Both the position numbers and the translations under genes were made by a program. Below are positions 43,714 through 53,544 of a DNA stretch of 64,000 nucleotides, one piece after another (positions within the stretch are counted from its first letter, which is position 1; each line of letters begins with the position of its first letter). This stretch comes from Dehalococcoidia bacterium (GTDB lineage Bacteria; Chloroflexota; Dehalococcoidia; Lucifugimonadales; UBA3495), in contig CBDANJ010000005.1 of NCBI GenBank assembly GCA_965197545.1, positions 3,311-67,310 on the forward strand, given 5' to 3'. A model generated the notes under the pieces. The model searched no databases. It was given only the letters and a program-made list of their open reading frames with translations, and was not told the DNA's origin.

Positions 43714-46551
43714 CTAGAAGTAAGAGCTGAGGCGAAAGTAGTAGTAGCCTCCGTTGAAGCCGAACGGCGAGAACTGGCCGTAACGATTCCCGGTGTTGGC
43801 CGCCGCGAACGGGTTTTCATCCGGGTAAGTGTTCAGGACGTTCTGGCCGCCGATGGCCAGTGTGGCAAACTCACTGAGCGGCACGCTGAAATCGACGTCG
43901 AGGAGGGCCTTGCCGTTGTAGGGGTCGTAGAGCGTCGCCATGGCCGAGCCCAGTCCCGCCTGCGCATCCTCGCTATCCCAGTACGAGCCGAAGTAGTTCA
44001 GGCGGGTTAGCAGGCTCCACCGGCGAGCGTCGTGTTTGATGGAGAAATTCCAGCGGGTCTGAGGCAGCCCTCTCTCCAATTCGCTGATCCTGATCTCATC
44101 AATCGTATCGGCGCTGTAGGTCGTGATCTTTGTCCGGGTATGGTTGAACACAACGCTGAACGACGTGTTGCCGCCGAGGGCCATCGGCCTGAAGGTCGAG
44201 ATCAGGTCGATTCCGTGGGTCTTGGTCGAAAAATCGTTCACGAAGAACCGGAACTCCGCTAAGTTGGCCGCCTCGGCCACCCCCGCCGCCAGAAGCTCAT
44301 CGACTTCAGTCTGCGAGAGCGAGAAGTCCTGAGTCAAGGCGATGCGATCGGAGACGTCTATTCGGAAGTAGTCGGCCGTGAAGGTGAACGGGCCCTCCTC
44401 GGCGACCATTCCGACAGCGTAGTTCTTCGAAGTTTCCGGCTGGAGCGGCTCCCCACCTCGCAGTTGGGCGACCGGATTGGTCGATGGAATAACGCCGAGG
44501 TTGATGAGATCTCCGAGATCGAAGTCGAATTCAGTCGTCACGTTGAAGGCGTTTTGCTGGCCGGGCGTCGGCGCGCGGAAGCCGGTGCTCACGGCGCCGC
44601 GCAACGCGACCGCGTCAGACACTTCGTAGCGCCCGGAGAATTTACCGTTAACCGTGGTGCCAAAGTCCGCAAAATTCTCGATCCGGGCAGCTACGCCGAT
44701 GGTCCAGGGATCATCTTGGCCGCCGAACTCAACGTCGTTGTAGACCGCAATGTTGCTGCGGTCCCATTCCCCCGCCGCGACATCTGCCCTGAAGCCGTTG
44801 AATCCGTTCGAACCGGAACTGAAACCCTGCCCGGCATAGGGACCGATCTCCCACGAGGCCGCATCGCCGGCACCAATCTTGAACTGCTCGTTGCGCCACT
44901 CGGCGCCGGTGGCCAGGTTGATCCTGTCGCTGGCGGCATAGGAGAGGTCAAGGTTGACGTTGACCTCGGTCTGTGTGTAGCTGCCGGGATTGAAGCTGGT
45001 CGGACTTTCCGGACCGAGCGAAGCGTTGACGGTGTTGTTGATAAAGAAGTCCACATTATTCGAACCGACACTGATGCTCGTGTCCCATACGAGGCGGTTG
45101 GTGATCAGTCCGCGAAGTCCGGAAACCAGCGACGCGTCTGTCGAGGTGCCGCCGAACTGCGGCGTGAAGCCGCCCCGGAATTCCTCCCGCAATTCCTGCA
45201 TGGAGAAACAGTTGGGATCAGCAAAGACCTGATCGAGGGCGGCTTGATCGGACACCACTCCTCCGGTGACAGCCACCTGCGGGCAGTTCGCGGAGCCTGC
45301 GCCGCGAGCGGCGAGCACATCGCCAATGAGCAAATGCCCGTCGCCATTTCTAACACTGCCAAAGACTCCGCCACGGGTGGCCGGATTCCGGTAGTAGAAA
45401 CCGCCGGTCACCTTTTTGGTGGCGTAGTTGGTGTGGCCGTAGAACTCTAGGCCGTCGTTGTTGAACGGGACGCCGAAGTTGCCGAACAGCTTCAGGTTAT
45501 CGTCAACCAGCGGTGAGCCCCATACCTGAGCCGGGTCCCGCACGTATGTGTTGCCGGCCGAGATGAGGGCGATGGCGTCGTTGCGCTGGACGGATCGGTT
45601 GGTCGGGTTCGAGCTGCCGTACTCGATGCTGAGGTTGAAAAAGCCTTCGGGTCCGAGCGGCAGCCCAACATTGCCGGCAAAGCTATACGCGAGTCCATGC
45701 CCACCGGCGTCGGAATAAAGCCTCGAGTCGCCATAGTTGCCGTCGCGGTGCGCACCAGCACGGAACTCCACACTGCCGCCGGAACGGGCATCTTTGAGCT
45801 GAAAGTTCATCACGCCGGCGATGGCATCCGAGCCGTACTGGGCCGCTGCGCCGTCGCGCAGCACCTCCGCCTGCCGGAGCGCGATGGCCGGGATGACGGA
45901 GAGGTCCGGACCTTGAGCGCCGTCAGCGACGCCGTTTCCCAGCCACTGAATGATCGCCGCGCGGTGGCGGCGCTTACCGTTCACCAGTACCAGCGTGTGA
46001 TCGGGTGGCAGATTGCGTAGGTTCGCCGGTCGGACGATCGTTGCTGCGTCGCTGATCGGCTGGGTGTTAACGTTGAAGGACGGCGTCACCGTGCGCATCA
46101 GGTCGCTTACGTCGGTAATGCCTTGGCTAACGAGTTCCTCGCCGGCAATGACGTCCACCGGAACGGTCGACTCGGTGGCCGTGCGCGCCCCCGCGCGGCT
46201 GCCGACGACGACGAGAGTGTCGACCGCGCTGATCTCAAGGGTGAAGTTCCGTAGAACCTCTTGGCCAGCCGCCAGTTCCACATTGCTGTAGGTGCCCACT
46301 TCAAAGCCGGGTACATCCGCCGTTAGTGTGTAGATCCCGGGGGGCAAACCGGTGAACGCGTAATTCCCGGTTTCGTCCGTCAAGCGTGTCGTGGCCTCAT
46401 CGGTCGTTTCGTGGATCACCGTGACGCTCGCGCCGGGAATGATGCCTCCGGTGCTGTCGGTTACGGTTCCCCTCACGGTGGTGCTCGCCTGGGACAGCAC
46501 ACTGACCAGCACACTCAACAACACAACACAACAACCAACGATTCTGCTCAT
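43714..46551 (-). CDS. TonB-dependent receptor with N-terminal carboxypeptidase-regulatory-like domain
   Basis: Signal peptide. VRGTVTDSTGGIIPGASVTV..GNYAFTGLPPGIYTL. Plug plus barrel. Terminal ..YYYFRLSSYF. Confidence 0.9.
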   Translation of the reverse strand: MSRIVGCCVVLLSVLVSVLSQASTTVRGTVTDSTGGIIPGASVTVIHETTDEATTRLTDETGNYAFTGLPPGIYTLTADVPGFEVGTYSNVELAAGQEVLRNFTLEISAVDTLVVVGSRAGARTATESTVPVDVIAGEELVSQGITDVSDLMRTVTPSFNVNTQPISDAATIVRPANLRNLPPDHTLVLVNGKRRHRAAIIQWLGNGVADGAQGPDLSVIPAIALRQAEVLRDGAAAQYGSDAIAGVMNFQLKDARSGGSVEFRAGAHRDGNYGDSRLYSDAGGHGLAYSFAGNVGLPLGPEGFFNLSIEYGSSNPTNRSVQRNDAIALISAGNTYVRDPAQVWGSPLVDDNLKLFGNFGVPFNNDGLEFYGHTNYATKKVTGGFYYRNPATRGGVFGSVRNGDGHLLIGDVLAARGAGSANCPQVAVTGGVVSDQAALDQVFADPNCFSMQELREEFRGGFTPQFGGTSTDASLVSGLRGLITNRLVWDTSISVGSNNVDFFINNTVNASLGPESPTSFNPGSYTQTEVNVNLDLSYAASDRINLATGAEWRNEQFKIGAGDAASWEIGPYAGQGFSSGSNGFNGFRADVAAGEWDRSNIAVYNDVEFGGQDDPWTIGVAARIENFADFGTTVNGKFSGRYEVSDAVALRGAVSTGFRAPTPGQQNAFNVTTEFDFDLGDLINLGVIPSTNPVAQLRGGEPLQPETSKNYAVGMVAEEGPFTFTADYFRIDVSDRIALTQDFSLSQTEVDELLAAGVAEAANLAEFRFFVNDFSTKTHGIDLISTFRPMALGGNTSFSVVFNHTRTKITTYSADTIDEIRISELERGLPQTRWNFSIKHDARRWSLLTRLNYFGSYWDSEDAQAGLGSAMATLYDPYNGKALLDVDFSVPLSEFATLAIGGQNVLNTYPDENPFAAANTGNRYGQFSPFGFNGGYYYFRLSSYF

Positions 46552-47017
46552 AATGTTTCCCTTTCTAAGTGCTGTCGTAAAATGGACTTCTTCGGCTTCG
46601 GCGGTCCGGTCGAAGCTAAGTGGAGTCATCACCAGGCTCAATCATTATAATAGTAACCCGGTGTGGGTTATCAACTCCAGCGATGATCCGCAAGGGTATT
46701 TTCATTGTTCTTCAGTGTCCTGTTGAGTGGAAACACCTGAAAATCAAGAACCCCGGAAGTAGCCTCCGCAGAGGGGGTGGGTCAAGGCGCTGCGTACGCC
46801 TCCTACGCTTCGCTACGGCCCTGCGGGTGGACTCCTCCCCTCCGCTGCGGCTCAGGCGGCTGGTAGGGCCGAAAGGTCCCCGCTCGGCCCGTCCGCAACG
46901 GGCCGAGCGGGGATCATTACGAGACGAGGGAAAGGAGATCAGAGCCGCCCGAGCTTCTGAGCCAGTACACCTGGGCTCAACTGCTCATCCTTGAAATTGT
47001 GCGATAGCTAACCCGGC

Positions 47018-48013
47018 CTACGGACCCTCATCCGGATGATAGTAGCCGGAGCCGACCAGGATCGGCAGACCATAGACCACGACCCTCTTGACGAAAGTCA
47101 CCTTGCGTTCCAGCCTCCTGGTGGAAGGGTTTACAGTCGAGTAGTAGAGGAAGGATTCTCCGAAGGCGGCCCCCACACTTACGAGATCCTGACCTTCAAG
47201 CGATGTGTTGATGTAGGGATCTAGCTCGGATACGCCGTACAACCGGCTGAAAGGATCTCCGTTGAACAGAGAGATTCCGTAGGCGTCCACGCCGAACAGG
47301 TAGATCGAGCCGTTCCCCCAACGCGGATCGGTGGTCAGGGACCGGACGGCGAAGTATCCCTGCGACTCAAGCTCCATGGCGGCGCAACGGACAAACTCCT
47401 GCAGCTTCTCTTTGGAAGGATCAGCGTCAAGCCCCATGGCGTGGACCTCTTCACTTCTGCACGTGCCGGGGAGATCGCGGCGATACACGCCCGCGCCGAT
47501 CGTGGCAAGGGCCCCGTCCCAGTCGATGCTCTTGAGGTAAGAAGCCTTCGGCTCATCCCTGCCGGTCGCCGGGTTTAAGAAGGAGTAGTAGATCCAGCCA
47601 TCTCCAGCGCTGTTCACGATGCGATGCTGTTCCCGGTACCAGTCGTTGCCGAAGGCGTCGATCAGCAGTCCCCACGGGAGCCCTTCTCTCGAAGGATCGG
47701 GTGGGAAGACGAACGGTCGAGACAGGTCGGACATGGGGGTCACTTCGTCGACGAAGATATAGGTCGGTCCGCTTTTCCAACGCTCGTCCTCGTTAAAGGC
47801 CCGGCGGGCCTCCTCAAAGCCCACTTCCTGGACGAACTCGTAGGCGCATTGAACGAACGCTTCAACGCCCTCCGGGGAGCGAACGGCGCGAGCAGTGATG
47901 TAGTGATCCGCGCAAGACAGTGGTTCAGCGGTGCCCTCCTGGGCAACGAGAGTCGGCGTAGCGGCGCAAAGTAGGATTGAGGAAATCAGGAATAAGGAGA
48001 ATGTATGTTTCAT
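47018..48013 (-). CDS. periplasmic tandem Cache-like domain protein, upstream of the TonB receptor
   Basis: Paralog of 31696..32685, including the conserved 5' leader. Signal peptide MKHTFSLFLISSILLCAATPTLVA. Confidence 0.7.
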   Translation of the reverse strand: MKHTFSLFLISSILLCAATPTLVAQEGTAEPLSCADHYITARAVRSPEGVEAFVQCAYEFVQEVGFEEARRAFNEDERWKSGPTYIFVDEVTPMSDLSRPFVFPPDPSREGLPWGLLIDAFGNDWYREQHRIVNSAGDGWIYYSFLNPATGRDEPKASYLKSIDWDGALATIGAGVYRRDLPGTCRSEEVHAMGLDADPSKEKLQEFVRCAAMELESQGYFAVRSLTTDPRWGNGSIYLFGVDAYGISLFNGDPFSRLYGVSELDPYINTSLEGQDLVSVGAAFGESFLYYSTVNPSTRRLERKVTFVKRVVVYGLPILVGSGYYHPDEGP

Positions 48014-48096
48014 AGTCTGCCCATTTTCTCACACCCACCCACCCAAACCAAGACCACCGGAGAGGACCTCTCCTAACCAGGGGCAGTAATGATAAC

Positions 48097-48890
48097 GGCA
48101 CTGTCAGAAGAAACGGGCTTGAGTCGACGAGATGCGGCTTGTAGTGTCTTGGGATGAAGAACCCATTTCGCTATTTCAAGACTTCGCCCGAAATCATTCG
48201 TCTTGCCGTGATGATGTATGTGCGCTTCCCACTGTCGCTACGCAATGTCGAGGACCTTCTGCACGAGCGGGGGATCGAGGTGAGCCATGAGACGGTCCGG
48301 TTCTGGTGGAACCGGTTCGGCCCGATCTTCGCCGCAGAGATCCGCAAGAAGCGGATGGATCGAAAGCGCGCGTTTTCGGTTTGGCGGTGGCACCTCGATG
48401 AGGTGTTCGTAAAGATCAACGGCGAACGCCATTACCTTTGGCGCGCCGTTGACGACGAAGGCGAGGTGCTGGAGGCCTTTGTCTCGAAGAAGAGAGACCG
48501 CAAGGCCGCCGTGAAATTTCTTAGGAAACTGATGAAGCGCTACGGCAGACCGGATGCGATCATCACGGATCGGCTGAGATCGTACCGAGCGGCGTTGCGC
48601 GAACTGGCCGGATCCGGTCTGCATCAAGCCGGACGCTGGCTGAACAACCGGCCGTTTCGGCGACGAGAAGACGCCATGCTCGGTTTCAGGCGGATACGAA
48701 CCCTTCAGAAATTCGTCACCGTTCATTCTTCCGTCTACAACCACTTCAATCTGCGACGACACCTCTGCTCACGGGACAATTTTACGCTCAACCGCGTCGC
48801 CGCACTTGCCCAGTGGCGTCAGCTCGGAGCGGCCTAGTTCCCTCTCGCCGGCGGAGAACTTGGCCCTGCGAACTTTCCTCTGACAGTGCC
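48097..48890 (+). mobile_element. IS6-family insertion sequence (794 bp)
   Basis: IRs GGCACTGTCAGAAG (48097) and the rc of 48877-48890, GGCACTGTCAGAGG. The flanking 8-mers differ (ATGATAAC versus TTCAACAG). Confidence 0.8.
48154..48837 (+). CDS. IS6-family transposase with an apparent in-frame deletion at the DDE glutamate
   Basis: Full-length ORF, but ..RWLNNRPFRRRED.. lacks the family N-N-R-x-E-N-S-H-Q segment. Compare YLNNVVEQDH in the other copy. Confidence 0.75.
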   Translation: MKNPFRYFKTSPEIIRLAVMMYVRFPLSLRNVEDLLHERGIEVSHETVRFWWNRFGPIFAAEIRKKRMDRKRAFSVWRWHLDEVFVKINGERHYLWRAVDDEGEVLEAFVSKKRDRKAAVKFLRKLMKRYGRPDAIITDRLRSYRAALRELAGSGLHQAGRWLNNRPFRRREDAMLGFRRIRTLQKFVTVHSSVYNHFNLRRHLCSRDNFTLNRVAALAQWRQLGAA

Positions 48891-48909
48891 TTCAACAGGG
48901 AATTCATCC

Positions 48910-49010
48910 TGACCTGCCCCCACAAGTGGGATCACCCTCTAAGTTAGACCCAGGACCAATGGTCCGCTACCCGGAACTTGGGCCACTTAAAAAGTCAGAG
49001 ATCCGGTTGT
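48910..49010. mobile_element. IS3-family left-end fragment
   Basis: TGACCTGCCCCCACAAGTGGGATCACCCTCTAAGTTAGACCCAGGACC resembles 6787-6833. Confidence 0.55.
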
Positions 49011-49176
49011 TAGGACCCATCCGGCATGGCTGATGGGTCGGTTTCACCGGACCGGAAGGGGATGCACCGTTTTTCACTTGACGGTCATCGTCCTCATGCC
49101 ACTTGCTCAGTCTGTTTTCGATGGATCTTTTGGAAGGCCTCCCGCGAGAAACTCGTGTGCGACCTCGGCATCGGGA

Positions 49177-49725
49177 CTAGAATCCCACCAAGATCCCGAC
49201 GCTGGGCTCGAGAACATTCAGGGTTTGCCCCTCGACGCCGCGTATGGAGTGCAGGCGGACATCGAAGCGAAGTCCGATGGGTTCGATTAATCCCACCTTC
49301 AATCCGCCCCCATAGTTGAAACTGAACTTCGTTCCGAAGCTAGCTGGCCCTTCACCTCCCGCACGAAAGACGCCAACCCCGGCCGTCGCGTAAGGCCGGA
49401 GTCTGGGGCCACCGGGCAATTCCACCCGCAGATTCGCACTGTAGAGAAAGGCATTGCCGTTGCTGTCAATGAAGTTCGGGCTGTACGCAACCGTGTGCTC
49501 CAATCCCAGTGGCGCCACAGAATGATACAGCCTCGCTCCGAAGACTCCGAAGTCCTTGGGGTCGACCCTCGCCTGCCCGGCAGCACTACTCACCCCGCCC
49601 ACTCCCGAACTCAGCGTGAGGGTGCCCGGATGCTGGAAGCCCCCAAAGACCGTAAAGTCCTGAGCATGGAGCGAACTTGCGAAACCCACCAACGCCACCG
49701 TCAGCAATTTTGGGAAGTATCTCAT
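49177..49725 (-). CDS. small outer-membrane beta-barrel protein
   Basis: Signal peptide ..FASSLHA/QD. 8-strand-like pattern. C-terminal ..GILVGF. Confidence 0.7.
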   Translation of the reverse strand: MRYFPKLLTVALVGFASSLHAQDFTVFGGFQHPGTLTLSSGVGGVSSAAGQARVDPKDFGVFGARLYHSVAPLGLEHTVAYSPNFIDSNGNAFLYSANLRVELPGGPRLRPYATAGVGVFRAGGEGPASFGTKFSFNYGGGLKVGLIEPIGLRFDVRLHSIRGVEGQTLNVLEPSVGILVGF

Positions 49726-49779
49726 CAGAAAAACTATATCCTACTCCCCCGACCGAAACGCTCGGGCAGCCGACACCAC

Positions 49780-49806
49780 TAGTAAGAGCGACTAACCTGT
49801 GGATAA
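49780..49806 (+). other. oriV skeleton fragment (copy 5)
   Basis: AGTAAGAGCGACTAACC-TGTGGATAA contains a perfect DnaA box (rc TTATCCACA) at 49798-49806. Confidence 0.45.
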
Positions 49807-49903
49807 ACGGCCCGAACCCAAAGAACCACAGGCGACGAAGGCTGCGCCTAGACTGGAAGGGTAACCCAGTTACCTATGTCACCACGTTGGTTTATTGCTT
49901 CTG

Positions 49904-50597
49904 TCATGGTGCTTTGGATGTTGGTCCGCTGGCTTTGCCGCTCACCACCTGGACCGTCACCCGAGGTGCCCGGATAAGACTTTTACAGGAACAATAAAGC
50001 TGATTAGCCACTCGGCCGTGGGTGGAAATCGTGAGTTCTACCAGGGGTTCCATCTCCGTCTGAACGGTTAGGCTTCCGTCCTCTTGTCCCTCCAGATCTT
50101 CCGTAACCTCCACTACCGATTCCGCTGCAATCTGATTACCCTCCGGATCGTAAAAGTGGAGGACGGAACGAGGGGGCTCCCTATTCACCAACACCAGGTC
50201 GGAGGTGAATGGAAGCCCCATTGGCGAAATGCGCAAAGTCCAGAGCGAACTCCTCGACAGGCCCTTCGGGAAGATGGCTCAACTCCGCCAGGATCTCGCC
50301 CGTCAGCTGGTTGCGGTGGAGGGACAACGCCGGCAATCCGGCGAAGACGAGAAGGGCCGCCCGGTCTACGAGCAACATCAGCGGAGCAAACCGATGATCC
50401 GGCAGTAGAAAGCACCTGTGCGCGATCTGTCCCTGTGATGTGTGCCATGCCCCATTCTGCCTCCAGTAGGCAGGGGGGCCGTCCCGGTGGCTTTTCACAC
50501 AGTCTGGCTCCTTGGTGCAACCCGCCGTCACTAGGTTCCGGATCGACCGCCTCAAACCGCATAGAGTATCCTGTTCAGGCCCTTTTTTTGCGCTCAA
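49904..50597 (-). pseudogene. fragment of an LRR plus beta-sandwich secreted protein, frameshifted
   Basis: ..LSLHRNQLTGEILAELSHL..LDFAHFANGASI is in one frame and ..TSDLVLVNREPPRSVLHFYDPEGNQI.. in the next. Same domain type as the repeats in 25040..27421. Confidence 0.4.
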
Positions 50598-50735
50598 ATC
50601 CTGTGACTTATCGAGGCCCAGGATGCTCGATCGTTTCGTCGGGCTCGTCCTGGTTCAACACCCGGTAGAAACACCAGCCGGCCACCCCCCAGACCAGTCC
50701 TAGCGAAGTCAGCATGACCACCCATCCGGCCAGAG

Positions 50736-52343
50736 TCACCGGGCCTCCTCTTGGCCTAGGATGCCGTCAAGATCCATTCCTGCCTCGCGCCAACGGTGCT
50801 CGCCCCTGCGCAGGAAAACCAGCAGCAGCAGCAGAACCAGGATCAAGAAAACAAAGGTCGCCAGGGCCACCGGATTTTCAACCAAACCCGCAAGGTACCC
50901 CGGTAAGCTCTGTATCGAAAAACCGACGAATACGACACACAGATAGGCAGGAGCCACGTACTTGATGATGAAGCGGAACAGGCGAGGTATTCGGACCGAC
51001 GCCCCCTGGTGGGCTTCGCGAAAACCGCGGTCCACCCCCATTACCCAGCCGAAACAGACGACCTGAACCGCGGCCAACACGAAGATAGCAAACGTGCCGA
51101 CCCAGAAGTCCATCGTATCCAGCGCGACCAGATCCCCGCTGAAATAAAGAACCCACAAGGATCCGGCGCCGGTCATCACGCCCAGAAGGACCACCGCACG
51201 CCGGGCCGAAACGCCCAGCGCCTCCTGGAGAAACGCCTTCACCGGTTGCAGCATCGAAAGCGAACTCGTGATTGCGGCCAGGAAAAGCATGAAAAACCAG
51301 ACGAAACCGATCCAGCGTCCCAGTCCGCCCATATAGGCAAACACGACGGGAAGCGCATTGAACCCTAGCCCAAAGGTCCCTCCCGTGGCGCCGCTGGCTC
51401 CCAGGAACACGAATGCCGCAGTTACGGTAATGAGCCCGCCAAAACCAACTTCAAACAACGCGTTCGTGGCCGAAGACGTCATCCCGGAAAGGACGACGTC
51501 ATCCTTCTTCCGGAGGTAGGAGGAGTAGTTGAGAATAATTCCAAATCCGACCGACAGGCTGAAGAAAACCTGTCCGGCCGCCGCCAGCCAGGTCTGGAAG
51601 TCTCCCAGGCGGGAGAAGTCCGGATTCCACATGAACCCCAGGCCGTTCAGTACATTCTGGTCTGGCAGGGCCGGGTTCGGTGTTCCCAGGGTCAGGACTC
51701 GAATCAAAACGACGACGGCGCAGACGGCCATCGCCGGCATCGCCCATCGGCAGAAAGTTTCAATGCCGCGGGAAAGACCCCGATAGACCAACCAGAGGTT
51801 AATCACAAACACAACGGCCCAGAACACGACTGCGCTGTCCAAATGCCCGTCTACGACAAGTCCATGCTGAGAGGACCCGGAGATCTCGGAAAAGAATGCC
51901 TGCGAGGCCCCCGCGTATCCAGAGACGTCACTACCAAGATCCATGGCGCCACTGGCATAAGCCCAAGCATAGCGCAGGCACCAGGACTCGACCAACCCGT
52001 AGTACATGTAGATGACCAAGGGAATCAGCAGCCCGATGACACCCAAATAGCGCGTCACCGCCCCCCGTCCGACCACACCCATGATCGCCGGCGAGGAATG
52101 GAAACCGCGCGCGCCGCCGTAGCGGCCCATCGTCCACTCGGCCCAACATATGGGAATCCCCAACAGCAGGAGAGCGCAGAGGTAGGGGATCATGAAGGCG
52201 CCGCCGCCATTGGCGACCGCCTGACCCGGAAAGCGGAGAAAATTACCCAAACCCACCGCAGAACCGGCTACGGCCAGGATGACACCCAGGCGGGAATTCC
52301 ACCCTTCGGCCCCCTGTCGGGAGGAAGGCTTCGTCGTCGACAT
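50736..52343 (-). CDS. sodium-dependent transporter, SNF family
   Basis: GSAVGLGNFLRFPGQAVANGGGAFMIPY. About 12 TM segments. Confidence 0.9.
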   Translation of the reverse strand: MSTTKPSSRQGAEGWNSRLGVILAVAGSAVGLGNFLRFPGQAVANGGGAFMIPYLCALLLLGIPICWAEWTMGRYGGARGFHSSPAIMGVVGRGAVTRYLGVIGLLIPLVIYMYYGLVESWCLRYAWAYASGAMDLGSDVSGYAGASQAFFSEISGSSQHGLVVDGHLDSAVVFWAVVFVINLWLVYRGLSRGIETFCRWAMPAMAVCAVVVLIRVLTLGTPNPALPDQNVLNGLGFMWNPDFSRLGDFQTWLAAAGQVFFSLSVGFGIILNYSSYLRKKDDVVLSGMTSSATNALFEVGFGGLITVTAAFVFLGASGATGGTFGLGFNALPVVFAYMGGLGRWIGFVWFFMLFLAAITSSLSMLQPVKAFLQEALGVSARRAVVLLGVMTGAGSLWVLYFSGDLVALDTMDFWVGTFAIFVLAAVQVVCFGWVMGVDRGFREAHQGASVRIPRLFRFIIKYVAPAYLCVVFVGFSIQSLPGYLAGLVENPVALATFVFLILVLLLLLVFLRRGEHRWREAGMDLDGILGQEEAR

Positions 52344-52586
52344 CAGCTTATAAGATTACCAGCTACCGTGACTGCCGACACATCATTATCTGAGATCTGT
52401 CGTTCCACCATTCACTCCTATAACCAAGCACAATCAAAAAGAAACGCCATCCCGACAATCCCACTGCTCATGCCCTGAAAGCCGCCCCCCCCATTCTAGA
52501 TTGCTTCCATCGCCCACTCGGCGAAGAACTCGTCCCTGATGGTACAGAGCCGCGCCAGGATGCCGCCCACGAACACGGCTAGACCC

Positions 52587-52748
52587 TGACCTGCTCCCAC
52601 GAGTGGTACCCCCTCTAGGTTAGACCCGGGACCCTTTGAAGTCCGCTCCAGGGGATGGGATCCAGTGCCTGCGGCCTGGGGAGTTGGGCCTCCGGCGCCG
52701 GCGGCCGATAGGCCACAAGGCGCTGCGAGGCCGCCGCTGGTTGTACTA
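52587..52748. mobile_element. IS3-family left-end fragment cut by the Tn3-family IR
   Basis: TGACCTGCTCCCACGAGTGG..CTCTAGGTTAGACCCGGGACC.. is collinear with 6787-6950. Stops at 52748. Confidence 0.6.
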
Positions 52749-52786
52749 GGGGTTCCGACAGTAACGGAGCAGAATCGCACGTTAAG
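52749..52786 (+). repeat. Tn3-family left terminal inverted repeat
   Basis: GGGGTTCCGACAGTAACGGAGCAGAATCGCACGTTAAG. Confidence 0.9.
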
Positions 52787-52804
52787 GGCCGCTCTTGGGA
52801 CCGC

Positions 52805-53428
52805 CTAGCGGGCCAGGACCTGTCGCCCTCGGTTTCTCAAGGAACCATCTGGCGCTACGTAGCGGTAGATGGTCGCCTTGGTTACGCCTAGCTCCAGGCA
52901 TAGCTCGCTGACCTTCGTGTCGCGCTGCGCCATCGCTGCCTGAGCTAGCCGCACCTGCGCTTTGCTCAGCGCGTGAGGGCGCCCTCCCTTCCTGCCCCTG
53001 GCTCGTGCAGAGGCCAATCCAGCGAGGGTCCGTTCCCGGATCAGCTCTCGTTCGAATTCCGCCAAAGCCGCGAAGAGCGCGAAGACCAACTTTCCGCTGG
53101 GGGTCGTCGTGTCGATGCTGGCCCCTTGGCCGGCGAGCACCCGGATCCCGATGTCCCTGTCGTTGAGGTCCTGCACCAGGTTGACGAGATGGCGGAGATT
53201 GCGACCGAGGCGATCGAGCCTCCAGACGACGATCACGTCTCCCTGCCGCGCCGCCTTGAGGAAGGCGGCGAGCCCCGGGCGGTCCTCACGCTGTCCGGAC
53301 GCTTGGTCCTCGTAGATCGCGTCGTCGCTGACGCCGGCCTCGCGCAGAGCATCCCTCTGCAGGTCGAGGCTCTGGGAACCGTCCGCCTTCGATATCCGCG
53401 CGTAGCCGATCAGCACTGGCGTCTCCAA
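52805..53428 (-). CDS. tnpR: serine recombinase (resolvase)
   Basis: LIGYARISKADGSQSLDLQRDAL.., C-terminal HTH. Confidence 0.9.
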   Translation of the reverse strand: METPVLIGYARISKADGSQSLDLQRDALREAGVSDDAIYEDQASGQREDRPGLAAFLKAARQGDVIVVWRLDRLGRNLRHLVNLVQDLNDRDIGIRVLAGQGASIDTTTPSGKLVFALFAALAEFERELIRERTLAGLASARARGRKGGRPHALSKAQVRLAQAAMAQRDTKVSELCLELGVTKATIYRYVAPDGSLRNRGRQVLAR

Positions 53429-53544
53429 AACGACCGTTTCTGTGACACCTGAGAACGGAGCGAAATCCGTGCCTTAGGCGGTCTCACAATCGGTATCTTA
53501 AACTAAGACTCGGAAACCCTCGGCTCCAATCGGAAGAGACATCA
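53429..53544. promoter_or_regulatory. res site / divergent promoters (inferred by position)
   Basis: tnpR-tnpA intergenic region of a Tn3-family element. Subsites not resolved by eye. Confidence 0.4.
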
